Shown here: positions 20,381 through 31,832 of the stretch, piece by piece
How the letters are laid out: every line of letters begins with the position of its first letter
Numbering within the stretch: the stretch's first letter is position 1
From: Candidatus Latescibacterota bacterium
Lineage (GTDB): Bacteria; Latescibacterota; UBA2968
Reading direction: 5' to 3'
Assembly (NCBI GenBank): GCA_965198115.1
Contig: OZ240241.1
Location: 7,296,001-7,360,000 of the forward strand
DNA: 64,000 bases
The notes under the pieces: model-generated
What the model saw: the letters and a program-made list of their open reading frames with translations, nothing else
What the model was told of the DNA's origin: nothing
Databases searched by the model: none
Position numbers and translations under genes: made by a program

Positions 20381-20451
20381 ATTCCTTCCCACTCCGATCC
20401 GAAAAGCTATTAACCCGTTTTTTTGGGTGCGGTGTTAGTTAGCTGGCTCGG

Positions 20452-20826
20452 TCAATTCGCATCGCCTTGAAACGGCAGGGTCTCGATGAAACGGGCCATC
20501 CGCGCAGCTTCTTGCGCCGTTAAGTCTACTGGGAGTTCAACAGTAACGGACTGATCGGATCGTAGGCGAAATGTGTGCTTGAAGAGGCTATTACCTCCGT
20601 TTTCTTCTCCCTTTTCCTCCTGAGATACTTCTTCGACTTGTTCAGTTTCACCAGCTGCTGCCTGCCCAACTCCAACCATCTGAACATCCCATTCAAAGCG
20701 TGACGTCCACCCTTTTCTCCCAACCGTGAAACTTCCGCAACCGCAATCTTCCAACTTCCGAAACACCCTGATGACGTCTCCCCGATAAACATTTTGACCC
20801 TCGTTCAAGAGATTCCAGTGAATTCG
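20452..20826 (-). pseudogene. Hypothetical protein, 5' end cut by IS256-B left end
   Basis: Protein-like ORF (GRKGWTSRFEW; HTFRLR..VELPVDLTAQEAARMARFIETLP) abutting the IR at 20827. Confidence 0.55.
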
Positions 20827-20864
20827 GTGAGGTCCCTATCCTAGTTGAAACTTAAAGGGCTCCA
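20827..20864 (+). mobile_element. Isolated IS256-B left IR
   Basis: GGTGAGGTCCCTATCCTAGTTGAAACTTAAAGGGCTCC. Confidence 0.8.
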
Positions 20865-21398
20865 GTAGCCATAACGTCCATATTCGCTGGCCAGAGAGAC
20901 GATGTTCGCGGTCAGGACGGTCTCGCCGTCCGCCACCTTGAGCGTGTATCGCTGGGTACGGCGCACCTGACCCAGCACACGGCACGCCCGACGCTCCGAG
21001 ACAGCCAGGGCCTCACGCACGTGCCCGACCGCCTTCCTTCGCCGCGTCGGGCTCAGAAGTTTCCCCGGGACACCTCCTTGAGAATCGAGATATCCAGGGC
21101 CTGGTCGGCCACAAGACGTTTCAGACGCCCGTTCTCTTGCTCCAGCTCCTTCAGCCGGCGGACCTGGTCGACCTCCATACCGCCGTATTCCTTGCGCCAC
21201 CGGTAGTAGGTCTGTTCGCTGACGCCAAGCTCACGCGAGACCTCGCCGACCGTCTTGCCTTCCGAATATACGAATCTCTGCCTGACGGAGATGTCCGATG
21301 ATCTGCTCCGCTGTGTATCGCTTCCTGGCCATTCGGCCCCCTTTCTATGTTCCGATATCCTAACTTTAGGAATGGGAACAATCCAGGGGGGCAGGTCA
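20865..21398 (-). mobile_element. IS3-family 5' half (same element as 17393-18478)
   Basis: IR TGACCTGCCCCCC at 21398; matches copy 1 over the shared region. Confidence 0.92.
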
Positions 21399-21490
21399 TG
21401 AGGATGTGGGCAAAACGAGCAGCGTGCGCTACAGTGGTTTGTCAGCTCAATTTCGACCGTGTGCGGCTCCGGACTAGGTGGGTAATCCAT
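21399..21490 (-). pseudogene. Radical SAM protein N-terminus, truncated by IS3
   Basis: PHTVEIELTNHCSARCSFCP (CxxxCxxC); starts 11 bp after the serS stop with an AAGGGG RBS. Confidence 0.85.
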
Positions 21491-21501
21491 TAACGTCCCC
21501 T

Positions 21502-22740
21502 TTACCTTTTAATCTTCGTCATCCCATTGAGGTGGGACACGAGCGGTGGCGGAACGACGATCGAACCATCCGGTTCTTGGTAGTTCTCGATAATGACTGC
21601 GATCAAGCGGTCACAGAACCCAGTTGCAGATATAGTGTGAGGAAAGCCTCGTTCTTGTCCCACTTTGTAACGTATATTTCCACGACGAGTCTGGTAATCA
21701 CCCAGATTCGTATCTGAAGTCATCTCCCTGTAACGTGCCTGGTTGGGGAGCCACGCTTCAGTATCGTATTTAATCATGCCGGCAGCTGACAGATCCCCAG
21801 ACGAGGTGAGGACAACCCGGAATGGGATTTCAAGCTCCTGCATCAACCATTCAGCATTCTCTAGGCAACGCTGGTGCCATTCCTCCGATTCCGACGGATG
21901 ACAATACACAATCTGCTCCAGCTTATAGAACTGATGCACCCTGATGATGCCAGCGGTATCTCGTCCGTAGCTTCCTGCTTCGGTACGAAAACACATGGAG
22001 TCACCTAGGTATAATTTCGGTAACGACGTGAGCATTTCGTCCATATGGAGACCGAGAAGAATCTGTTCGCTCGTGCCAATTAGCGATAGGTCTTCTCCAG
22101 AAATGCGGAAGTTTTCTTTCTCCGAAAATGGCAGATAACCCGAACAGAACAGAGTCTGATCTTTAGCCAAGTACGGCGGAGAAATCAGTTCGAAACCTTG
22201 GATGTTGGCGCGTTCGTAGAACATCCGCATGAGCCCCATTCTCATGAGGACGGCTTCGTTCTTAAGGCAGTAAAACCGGGATTTAGCTGCATTGACGGCC
22301 CTGGGTATATCCAAAAGATCTAACGCGGCCCCGATTTCTCCATGTGGCCGGGGGGAAAAACTAAAGGATGGTGGCGAGCCAACGGTCCTAACGACGGTGT
22401 TCGCCTCTTCCCCACCAACTGGGACGCGGGGATCGAGAAGATTAGGGACCCAACTTAGCCGTTCCTTCAACTCGCGTTCCACTTTGTCGAGATCCCGAGA
22501 CAGATGTGATTCTTCTTTCTTCAATCGTTTGACTTCCTCCCGCCGCTCGATGTTTTCTCCGGAGCTCCACGACTTCGAGACTTCCTTGATTTGTTGACGT
22601 AGTGAATCCGCTTTCGAAATTAGCAACCGCCGTTCTCGGTCAAGCATCGCGATTGCATCGACATCAATGTCAGCACCCCGGGCTACACAATTAGCGCGGA
22701 TTTTCTCAAGTTCATGCCGAATTAGCTTAATATCTATCAT
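21502..22740 (-). CDS. serS: Seryl-tRNA synthetase, divergent accessory paralog
   Basis: MIDIKLIR coiled-coil arm, [44 protein letters not shown] and [15 protein letters not shown]. Confidence 0.92.
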   Translation of the reverse strand: MIDIKLIRHELEKIRANCVARGADIDVDAIAMLDRERRLLISKADSLRQQIKEVSKSWSSGENIERREEVKRLKKEESHLSRDLDKVERELKERLSWVPNLLDPRVPVGGEEANTVVRTVGSPPSFSFSPRPHGEIGAALDLLDIPRAVNAAKSRFYCLKNEAVLMRMGLMRMFYERANIQGFELISPPYLAKDQTLFCSGYLPFSEKENFRISGEDLSLIGTSEQILLGLHMDEMLTSLPKLYLGDSMCFRTEAGSYGRDTAGIIRVHQFYKLEQIVYCHPSESEEWHQRCLENAEWLMQELEIPFRVVLTSSGDLSAAGMIKYDTEAWLPNQARYREMTSDTNLGDYQTRRGNIRYKVGQERGFPHTISATGFCDRLIAVIIENYQEPDGSIVVPPPLVSHLNGMTKIKR

Positions 22741-22795
22741 TGTTGTAGCGAATATTGGGTACTATGTGAGACAGGACTGGACGACAAGAGTCATT

Positions 22796-24169
22796 GAGCT
22801 CAGGTCAATAGGTGTGTAAAAGAAATCAGGCGGCCATCTTCCCGGCTTCGACCTGCGGTTCGGTTGAGTGTTTCTGATCGTAGACTTGTTGTAGCAAGTG
22901 TGGCGCGGTGAGTTTCCTGAATCGGCTCTCTGCGACCTTGAGCGTACGCCAGATGAGAGCCGTGGCGTTCCTGACTTTCTTGAATCGCCTGGCGGCGTTT
23001 GTGCGAAGCCGAACGGAAGCAAAGGGGCTCTCGACGACGTTCGTGGTTCTCAGGTGTTTCCAGTGTTCCTTCGGGAAGTCGTAGAACGTGACCATCCGAT
23101 CCCAGTCTCTTTCGAGCGTCTCCACGGCGGCAGGGAACTGTGAGCGATACCGTGCGGCAAAGCGTTTCCGGAGCTTCTCGGCCTCCTTTTTCGTGCCGGC
23201 ATAGGGGATCTGGACGAGCAGTGCGCGGGCTTCAGCCTGTGCACGCTTGGCGACCTTGTCGAGCACGTTGAGGATCTTGTGGTTCCAGCACCGTTGTTGC
23301 CGGCTCTCTGGCCAGACCTGATCAACGGCCGCCCAGATGCCCATATTCCCGTCCGCGGCGATCAGGACAGGATGTTCGAGCCCGCGATCCCGGAGATCCC
23401 GGAGCACCGTGAGCCAGGATTCTGTAGACTCTCGATAACCGGGTTCTATCGCCAGGATCTCCTTGCTGCCGTCGCTCATCGCGCCGATCACGACCAGCAG
23501 ACACGCCTTCTCGCGCTCGAGCCCGGCTTTGACGTAGATGCCATCAGCCCAGGCGTAGACCAGTTCGCGATTATCCAGACGCCTTTCTTTCCAGTCCTGG
23601 AAGTCGACCTCCCACTTCCCTCGAAGACGAGCGATCGAGGTCGGCGAAAGCGGCGCGCCATCACCGAGCAGCGCACGCAAAGACAACTCGAAGTCGCCCT
23701 GGGAGAGACCGTGGAGATAAAGGTCGGGAAGCAGATCTCCAATGGCCCTGGTTCTCCGGGCGAACAGGGGGAGGATGCGGCTTTCAAACCGCTCTTCCAG
23801 ACCACGAACCCGGGGACGCCGGACCTTGATCGTTCCGCAGCTCGTCGAGAGACGCCGGGGCTTGCCGTAGCCGTTCCTGTAGCCCGTGGAGCTATCGACC
23901 TCGGCTCGGCGCTCATACCACGACCGGCCCAAGAACGCGGTCGCCTCCTCCTCCAGAATGGACTGGAACCGGCCCTGGATCTCTTCACGGATCCAATCGT
24001 CAACCGTCTCCCACGTCGGCATGGACTTCAATGGGGCTCTATGCGTATGTTCCTTCACGGCGATCCTCCTTCCCAACCGGGCCTCTCACCCGGTTTTGTG
24101 TGAATCAACTATCTCACGGGAAGGGTAGGGTCGCCCTTTCTCTTTTTCCACACCTTTTGATTATAGCTC
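22796..24169 (-). mobile_element. IS256-family type A, intact, copy 1 (transposase 22826-24076)
   Basis: 1374 bp; TSD GAGTCATT at 22788-22795 and 24170-24177; DDE motifs (WADG, ADG, RTTNVVES). Confidence 0.96.
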
Positions 24170-24628
24170 GAGTCATTCCACAATTCATGCTTCCCCCAAT
24201 TGAGTCCGAGTGCCTTCCAACACAATGCCGTCTGTGAAACGACAGATCGTAGCATTGCCGTCATTTACTCTCTCGGGTCCCTTTTCTATCTTTCGTTGCA
24301 GATGTGTTGTGTCGAGGGGAGGGATCTGAAACTACCCAAGCTGTGATTTAAGAATCCATATACGGATCCTGCCATGGCGGTGAGGTATTTTGAGGGACGA
24401 GATTTCCCCACCAAATTGTGCCCCATCAAGATTTGATTTCGATTGCTAAACATCGTTCGCTTCGTTTTAGAACTATGAGATTGGTTGACATCCAGAAGGG
24501 AATCCATACGCCTTCGTGTTCCACTGTAGGGTTGCGCAAAAGTGCTGGTACATCTATCTCCTTCCGTCCTTCGATTACTACTCTACCTAATTCCTCACAC
24601 ATCCCCGAATCCACAACGTAGTAGTGCC

Positions 24629-26002
24629 GAGCTATAATCAAAAGGTGTGGAAAAAGAGAAAGGGCGACCCTACCCTTCCCGTGAGATAGTTGATTCACAC
24701 AAAACCGGGTGAGAGGCCCGGTTGGGAAGGAGGATCGCCGTGAAGGAACATACGCATAGAGCCCCATTGAAGTCCATGCCGACGTGGGAGACGGTTGACG
24801 ATTGGATCCGTGAAGAGATCCAGGGCCGGTTCCAGTCCATTCTGGAGGAGGAGGCGACCGCGTTCTTGGGCCGGTCGTGGTATGAGCGCCGAGCCGAGGT
24901 CGATAGCTCCACGGGCTACAGGAACGGCTACGGCAAGCCCCGGCGTCTCTCGACGAGCTGCGGAACGATCAAGGTCCGGCGTCCCCGGGTTCGTGGTCTG
25001 GAAGAGCGGTTTGAAAGCCGCATCCTCCCCCTGTTCGCCCGGAGAACCAGGGCCATTGGAGATCTGCTTCCCGACCTTTATCTCCACGGTCTCTCCCAGG
25101 GCGACTTCGAGTTGTCTTTGCGTGCGCTGCTCGGTGATGGCGCGCCGCTTTCGCCGACCTCGATCGCTCGTCTTCGAGGGAAGTGGGAGGTCGACTTCCA
25201 GGACTGGAAAGAAAGGCGTCTGGATAATCGCGAACTGGTCTACGCCTGGGCTGATGGCATCTACGTCAAAGCCGGGCTCGAGCGCGAGAAGGCGTGTCTG
25301 CTGGTCGTGATCGGCGCGATGAGCGACGGCAGCAAGGAGATCCTGGCGATAGAACCCGGTTATCGAGAGTCTACAGAATCCTGGCTCACGGTGCTCCGGG
25401 ATCTCCGGGATCGCGGGCTCGAACATCCTGTCCTGATCGCCGCGGACGGGAATATGGGCATCTGGGCGGCCGTTGATCAGGTCTGGCCAGAGAGCCGGCA
25501 ACAACGGTGCTGGAACCACAAGATCCTCAACGTGCTCGACAAGGTCGCCAAGCGTGCACAGGCTGAAGCCCGCGCACTGCTCGTCCAGATCCCCTATGCC
25601 GGCACGAAAAAGGAGGCCGAGAAGCTCCGGAAACGCTTTGCCGCACGGTATCGCTCACAGTTCCCTGCCGCCGTGGAGACGCTCGAAAGAGACTGGGATC
25701 GGATGGTCACGTTCTACGACTTCCCGAAGGAACACTGGAAACACCTGAGAACCACGAACGTCGTCGAGAGCCCCTTTGCTTCCGTTCGGCTTCGCACAAA
25801 CGCCGCCAGGCGATTCAAGAAAGTCAGGAACGCCACGACTCTCATCTGGCGTACGCTCAAGGTCGCAGAGAGCCGATTCAGGAAACTCACCGCGCCACAC
25901 TTGCTACAACAAGTCTACGATCAGAAACACTCAACCGGACCGCAGGTCGAAGCCGGGAAGATGGCCGCCTGATTTCTTTTACACACCTATTGACCTGAAC
26001 TC
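24629..26002 (+). mobile_element. IS256-family type A, intact, copy 2 (transposase 24722-25972)
   Basis: 1374 bp; flanking GTAGTGCC at 24621-24628 and 26004-26011 (or a 9-bp duplication with one mismatch). Confidence 0.96.
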
Positions 26003-26196
26003 GGTAGTGCCTTCGAAACTTCTTCAATCCAATACTCCTGTTTCTGTTCGTTGACGTGCCAATGCCCACCTTGTCCGGGGGGGGCAGCCGTCATAATAAC
26101 ACGACTTGGCCTGAATCTGACAATATTGCGGATGAATTCATCAGAGTACTCTTCCTCGATGTGTTCAGCAACCTCTATGGAAAGAACAGTATCGGC

Positions 26197-27591
26197 GGTG
26201 TTGTGCCTATCGTAGTTGAAACTTAGAGGGCTCCAAACTTACGTTGGGTAGACGTGTAGGAGCGTATACCCGTAAGAAAGGAGCCCAGATGGAGAAGCTA
26301 TTTGTAAGCGATGGTGAAGTCAAGGTTGAGGGCGATGTCATCGATTTGGAGACGCGTTTGTCGGTGATCCAGGCGTTGATCCCGTTGGGTCTGGAGGCAG
26401 TGGCAGACCTCCTCCAGCAGGAGGTCGAGCAGCTCGCAGGCGTTCGGTATGCGCGCAAAGGTTCGGAGCAGGCGCATCGTCGGTGGGGGGTGTGTCCAGA
26501 GATTTGTGTAACTGGTGACACGATTACTTTAACGGGACACGATCTTCGAACATGATGGCGAACCGGTTGATGGCCCCATTCCAATCATTCAGTGGCCGGG
26601 TCCATCGTTTGGAGATGTTTCGGATCGCCAGATACAGGAGTTTGATGGCGGCCTGATCATTCGGGAACGCGCCTCTGTTCTTCGTGACTTTCCGGAGCGA
26701 TGCGTTCATTGACTCGATGGCGTTCGTCGTGTAGATCACCTTCCGGATCTCTGGTGGGTAGGCGAAGAACGGGGTTCCAGGAGCGTCCCCTCGACGACTA
26801 CGGCTTCGTGACCCTCTTCATTGACGGAAAGAGCTTTGCCGACGAAGAGATCGTGATCGCTCTGGGGGTCACGATGGACGGCCAGAAGATCCCCCTGGGC
26901 TTCGTCGAATCGGCGACGGAGAACGAACGGATCTGCCGCCAGCTGATCCAGGACCTCATCCGGAGAGGCCTGTGCTACGATCAAGGCCTCCTCGTTGTGC
27001 TTGACGGCTCAAAGGGGCTCCGCAGTGCCGTCACCAAAGCCCTCAAAGGGTATGTGCGCGTGCATCGCTGTCAGTGGCACAAGCGCGAGAATGTCGTCAG
27101 CTATCTCCCGGAGAGGGAACGTCCAAGAGTTCGACGGAAGCTCCAGAAAGCCTATGACTGCGACACCTACGAGGAGGCAAAGGCCGCACTCGAATCACTT
27201 AAACCCGAACTGAAGCTGATGAATCAGTCTGCCGTAACGAGCCTCGAGGAAGGCCTGGAGGAAACCCTGACCCTCCACCGGCTGGGTATGCTCCCGTTCC
27301 TGAAACGAAGCTTCCGAACCACCAACTGCATCGAAGCCCTCAACAGCAGGACCGGCGAGCTCACTCGGAAGGTCAGACGCTGGAACAACTCTCCCCAGAG
27401 ACACAGATGGGTGGCTGCCGCACTCCTCGACATCGAACCTCGCCTGCGACGCGTGAGCGGATACAAACATCTTCCCCTACTCAGGCAAGCACTGAACAAA
27501 GATCTGAATCTCGACAACGAACAGAATGCTCAAAAGAGAGCCTGACCAAACTACGGGGCCCGATGAGTTTCAACTGACTATGGGACTTGAC
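26197..27591 (+). mobile_element. IS256-family type B, disrupted by an opposite-strand IS256 fragment
   Basis: Left IR at 26197 and right IR ...TTTCAACTGACTATGGGACTTGACC; FIDGK, LDGSKG, RCQWHK and RTTNCIE motifs. Confidence 0.88.
26488..26780 (-). mobile_element. Canonical IS256 3' fragment (type D)
   Basis: YPPEIRKVIYTTNAIESMNASLRKVTKNRGAFPND; end TTACACAAATCTCTGGACACACCC. Confidence 0.88.
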
Positions 27592-27865
27592 CCCGGGGGC
27601 CTATAACCCTGTCTTAGTCTTAAAACCAGTTTCACAGCCCCAGACTGTGATATAACTCTCTCACTGGCACTGGTACAAAATATCGGTCTGGTCAATGACT
27701 GAAGAGGTTGGTAGAAGAAGGCATTCAGGTTACCAGCCGCCGTCGGCCAAAGTTGCAACACAACCCACCCCTCCCTCTGAAAGACTGCCACCGACGGGCC
27801 GGCTTCTTGATCCTACCGCCCCGGTGGCCAACCACGATCCGTCGACCCGGCTCTACATGTCGGCT

Positions 27866-28744
27866 TCAGAACACGTAGCGCAAAGATACCCGAAGTCCAT
27901 GATTCGATAGATTCGCTCGGGTTTTGGCAAGGTCAAACTCCAGCGGGTCGCGACTTCCGTCGCGCCAGACAACCCGGCCTTTGGCCTGGCCGGTCTCCAC
28001 GGTACCGGAATCCGTGTAACGCCAGGCAAGATTCAGCGTTACCCTCTCCCCCAGCGATTTTGCAACTCCCGCAGCCAGCATCCAGGCAAAATTAACCTGT
28101 TCTCCGCCGGGAACGACGGTGGTCGTCTTCGGGAACTCCATGAGAGTTTCATCAATATTGACGCGGGACAGGCCACCACCACCCCCGATAAACGGCCTGA
28201 GGGGCCCGAGTCGAGGCAGGCCGACTTCGGTCAGATCCCAGTACGCAGCCAGCAAGCCGTGCAGTGAGGACAAATCCGCTGAAACATCCTGCCTGTCGGT
28301 GGTTTGTACAAAATTGGAGAGACCCTTGAAGGAAAACCTCGGGTGGTACTCAATAACAGCTTCCAGCCGAAGGGCAGGCGTCATGGCATAGCCGAACCCG
28401 AGATCGAAACCGGTCATTGTTCCGAAATCGCCACGTGCACTCAACGGGGTGCCGTCAAGGCCCTCCCCGCAGCCATAAAGAGCCGCCGGAGAGGTAATCG
28501 AGCAGTTCTTGTCCTGGAACCGCGTTTCTTCCGACCAGTCGAACACAACTCCAGTCACGAAATAGAATCTTGCCGAAGCGGCGGCCGTGTCGGAGACAGG
28601 CGGTGTGGGAGTCCGGCCGGGTGGCGTGGATGCGTCTTCACCTCTGGTATCGGTGGTTTGTGCGCATGTAATAACCGGAATGACCGCCACCATAATAGCC
28701 GCAACAAAGGCTGTCCGAGTCCATGATTCAAGAAAACCGATCAT
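27866..28744 (-). CDS. Outer-membrane beta-barrel protein (opacity-porin-like)
   Basis: Signal peptide; LRLEA, PFIGGGGG, FAWMLAAGV and LAWRYTDSG strands; C-terminal LRYVF. Confidence 0.8.
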   Translation of the reverse strand: MIGFLESWTRTAFVAAIMVAVIPVITCAQTTDTRGEDASTPPGRTPTPPVSDTAAASARFYFVTGVVFDWSEETRFQDKNCSITSPAALYGCGEGLDGTPLSARGDFGTMTGFDLGFGYAMTPALRLEAVIEYHPRFSFKGLSNFVQTTDRQDVSADLSSLHGLLAAYWDLTEVGLPRLGPLRPFIGGGGGLSRVNIDETLMEFPKTTTVVPGGEQVNFAWMLAAGVAKSLGERVTLNLAWRYTDSGTVETGQAKGRVVWRDGSRDPLEFDLAKTRANLSNHGLRVSLRYVF

Positions 28745-28948
28745 CGGTTTATCTGTGAATCTCCAGGCTTTCCGCCACCCACCGATTTGTTGTCCTGATC
28801 CGCCATGTTAGAGGGTGCCCTGTTCTTGCTTCTCGGTGATGCGGCGCTGGATCAAGACGTTGATCTCCTCGGCCATTTTGGTCTTGCGCATGACGCAGCA
28901 TGGTTATCCGCAGGAACATCTTTGTGGTCTTCCAACTCGATTGCCTAG

Positions 28949-29318
28949 CCTGAATCATGCATGAATTTGAGTTTAGGTTGTTTTGGAGTGATGTGATCAC
29001 GCACAGGATTTGTTCTCGGCTTCTTCGGATGTCCAAGGTCCCGTAAGCGGTCTCTACGAGTCGCAAGAGTCACGATTTTCGTCCGGAACAGGTGTTGTTT
29101 TGCGACGTGTACATAGCTGTCCCCGGTATAGATCGGCGTTGTTACTGCGTGTTCGTTTCGAGCCTGGTGATGATTGACACCAAGACGTTTTTGAGTGGAT
29201 ACGATGTTGGAAAATGGAATCGGATTCTTCGTGCGCTTTCAATGACTCTCGCGCCGATTTTGAGGAAACGGTTCTGTATCGTGTTGACCTGAGGTTTGGT
29301 CCACGCGGTGCCCTTGAG
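28949..29318 (-). mobile_element. IS1380-family 3' fragment
   Basis: TIQNRFLKIGARVIESARRIRFHFPTSYP; end next to CTAG; matches the copy at 39199-39643. Confidence 0.85.
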
Positions 29319-30075
29319 CTTTGCCGACGAAGAGATCGTGATCGCTCCGGGCGTCACGACGGACGGCCAGAAGATCCCCCTGGGCTTCGTCGAATCGGCG
29401 ACGGAGAACGAACGGATCTGCCGTCAGCTGATCCAGGATCTCATCCGGAGAGGCCTGTGCTACGACCAGGGCCTTCTCGTTGTGCTGGACGGCTCAAAGG
29501 GACTCCGCAGTGCCGTCACCAAAGCCCTCAAAGGGGATGTGTGCGTGCATCGCTGTCAGTGGCACAAGCGCGAGAACGTCGTCAGCTACCTCCCGGAGGC
29601 AGAACGTCCAAGAGTTCGACGGAAACTTCAGAAAGCCTATGACTGCGACACCTACGAGGAGGCAAAGGCCGCACTCGAATCACTCAAACCCGAACTCAAG
29701 CTGATGAATCAGTCTGCCGTGGCAAGCCTCGAGGAAGGACTGGAGGAAACCCTGACCCTCCACCGGCTGGGGATGCTCCCGTTCTTGAAGCGAAGCTTCC
29801 GAACCACCAATTGCATCGAGGCGCTCAACAGCATGACCGGCAACCTGATACGGAAGGTCAACCGCTGGAACAACTCTCCTCAGCGACACAGATGGGTCGC
29901 GGCCGCACTCCTCGACATCGAACCACGCCTGCGACGCGTGAGCGGATACAAACACCTCCCGCTGCTCAGGCAAGCACTGAAAAACAACCTGAATCTCGGC
30001 GACAATCAAGATGCTCGGCAGAGAGCATGAATACCACGGAGCCCGATGAGTTTCAACTGACTATGGGACTTGACC
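29316..30075 (+). mobile_element. IS256-family type B 3' part
   Basis: Near-identical to about 26831-27591; right IR ends at 30075. Confidence 0.88.
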
Positions 30076-30403
30076 GTATCGGCCTTCTATCCCGACAGCT
30101 GAGGACTAACCGAATAATAGGGAAATCCTTTGCAGTGGCAAGGGGAGAAAACTCACTACCGCGTAGACCATGCTTCCCCATAGTTTTGCAGAAGAGTCGT
30201 CCCGCAATGATGCTTCAAAGCGCGTCTCCACGCTCTAACGAACAACCTATCCATCTCGCCCATAAATTGCCGGACAAACCCACCCGCAGGAAGGAAACGA
30301 AGGCAACCTTCTTCGATATGAGCCCAAGATTGATCGCGACCTGCCTCACGGTCACCTTCCAATCTTAGGTCCATCACCTGAACGACATTCCATAAGTAGA
30401 TTC

Positions 30404-31777
30404 GAGCTATAATCAAAAGGTGTGGAAAAAGAGAAAGGGCGACCCTACCCTTCCCGTGAGATAGTTGATTCACACAAAACCGGGTGAGAGGCCCGGTTGG
30501 GAAGGAGGATCGCCGTGAAGGAACATACGCATAGAGCCCCATTGAAGTCCATGCCGACGTGGGAGACGGTTGACGATTGGATCCGTGAAGAGATCCAGGG
30601 CCGGTTCCAGTCCATTCTGGAGGAGGAGGCGACCGCGTTCTTGGGCCGGTCGTGGTATGAGCGCCGAGCCGAGGTTGATAGCTCCAGGGGCTACAGGAAC
30701 GGCTACGGCAAGCCCCGGCGTCTCTCGACGAGCTGCGGAACGATCAAGGTCCGGCGTCCCCGGGTTCGTGGTCTGGAAGAGCGGTTTGAAAGCCGCATCC
30801 TCCCCCTGTTCGCCCGGAGAACCAGGGCCATTGGAGATCTGCTTCCCGACCTTTATCTCCACGGTCTCTCCCAGGGCGACTTCGAGTTGTCTTTGCGTGC
30901 GCTGCTCGGTGATGGCGCGCCGCTTTCGCCGACCTCGATCGCTCGTCTTCGAGGGAAGTGGGAGGTCGACTTCCAGGACTGGAAAGAAAGGCGTCTGGAT
31001 AATCGCGAACTGGTCTACGCCTGGGCTGATGGCATCTACGTCAAAGCCGGGCTCGAGCGCGAGAAGGCGTGTCTGCTGGTCGTGATCGGCGCGATGAGCG
31101 ACGGCAGCAAGGAGATCCTGGCGATAGAACCCGGTTATCGAGAGTCTACAGAATCCTGGCTCACGGTGCTCCGGGATCTCCGGGATCGCGGGCTCGAACA
31201 TCCTGTCCTGATCGCCGCGGACGGGAATATGGGCATCTGGGCGGCCGTTGATCAGGTCTGGCCAGAGAGCCGGCAACAACGGTGCTGGAACCACAAGATC
31301 CTCAACGTGCTCGACAAGGTCGCCAAGCGTGCACAGGCTGAAGCCCGCGCACTGCTCGTCCAGATCCCCTATGCCGGCACGAAAAAGGAGGCCGAGAAGC
31401 TCCGGAAACGCTTTGCCGCACGGTATCGCTCACAGTTCCCTGCCGCCGTGGAGACGCTCGAAAGAGACTGGGATCGGATGGTCACGTTCTACGACTTCCC
31501 GAAGGAACACTGGAAACACCTGAGAACCACGAACGTCGTCGAGAGCCCCTTTGCTTCCGTTCGGCTTCGCACAAACGCCGCCAGGCGATTCAAGAAAGTC
31601 AGGAACGCCACGACTCTCATCTGGCGTACGCTCAAGGTCGCAGAGAGCCGATTCAGGAAACTCACCGCGCCACACTTGCTACAACAAGTCTACGATCAGA
31701 AACACTCAACCGGACCGCAGGTCGAAGCCGGGAAGATGGCCGCCTGATTTCTTTTACACACCTATTGACCTGAACTC
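30404..31777 (+). mobile_element. IS256-family type A, intact, copy 3 (transposase 30497-31747)
   Basis: 1374 bp; TSD GTAGATTC at 30396-30403 and 31778-31785. Confidence 0.96.
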
Positions 31778-31832
31778 GTAGATTCTGCGATATCCGATTC
31801 TTCCGCTGAAAACGTGTCACCACATAGACTCA

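Larger units (their letters stand above)
24426..30230 (-). pseudogene. Class I SAM methyltransferase split into three pieces (about 30230-30084, 26196-26012, 24628-24426)
   Basis: Reconstruction gives CGTTLLQ...GSEFS / ADTVLSIEVAEHI...MTAAPPGQGGHWHVNEQKQEYWIE / ...WIPFWMSTNLIVL, with extra frameshifts. Confidence 0.75.

Noticed and set aside
21053-21490. Radical SAM-transposase fusion ORF
   Set aside because: Read-through from the truncated rSAM gene into the IS3 left end.
22796-26002. Composite transposon formed by inverted IS256-A copies 1 and 2
   Set aside because: Each copy has its own distinct TSD, so they are independent insertions.
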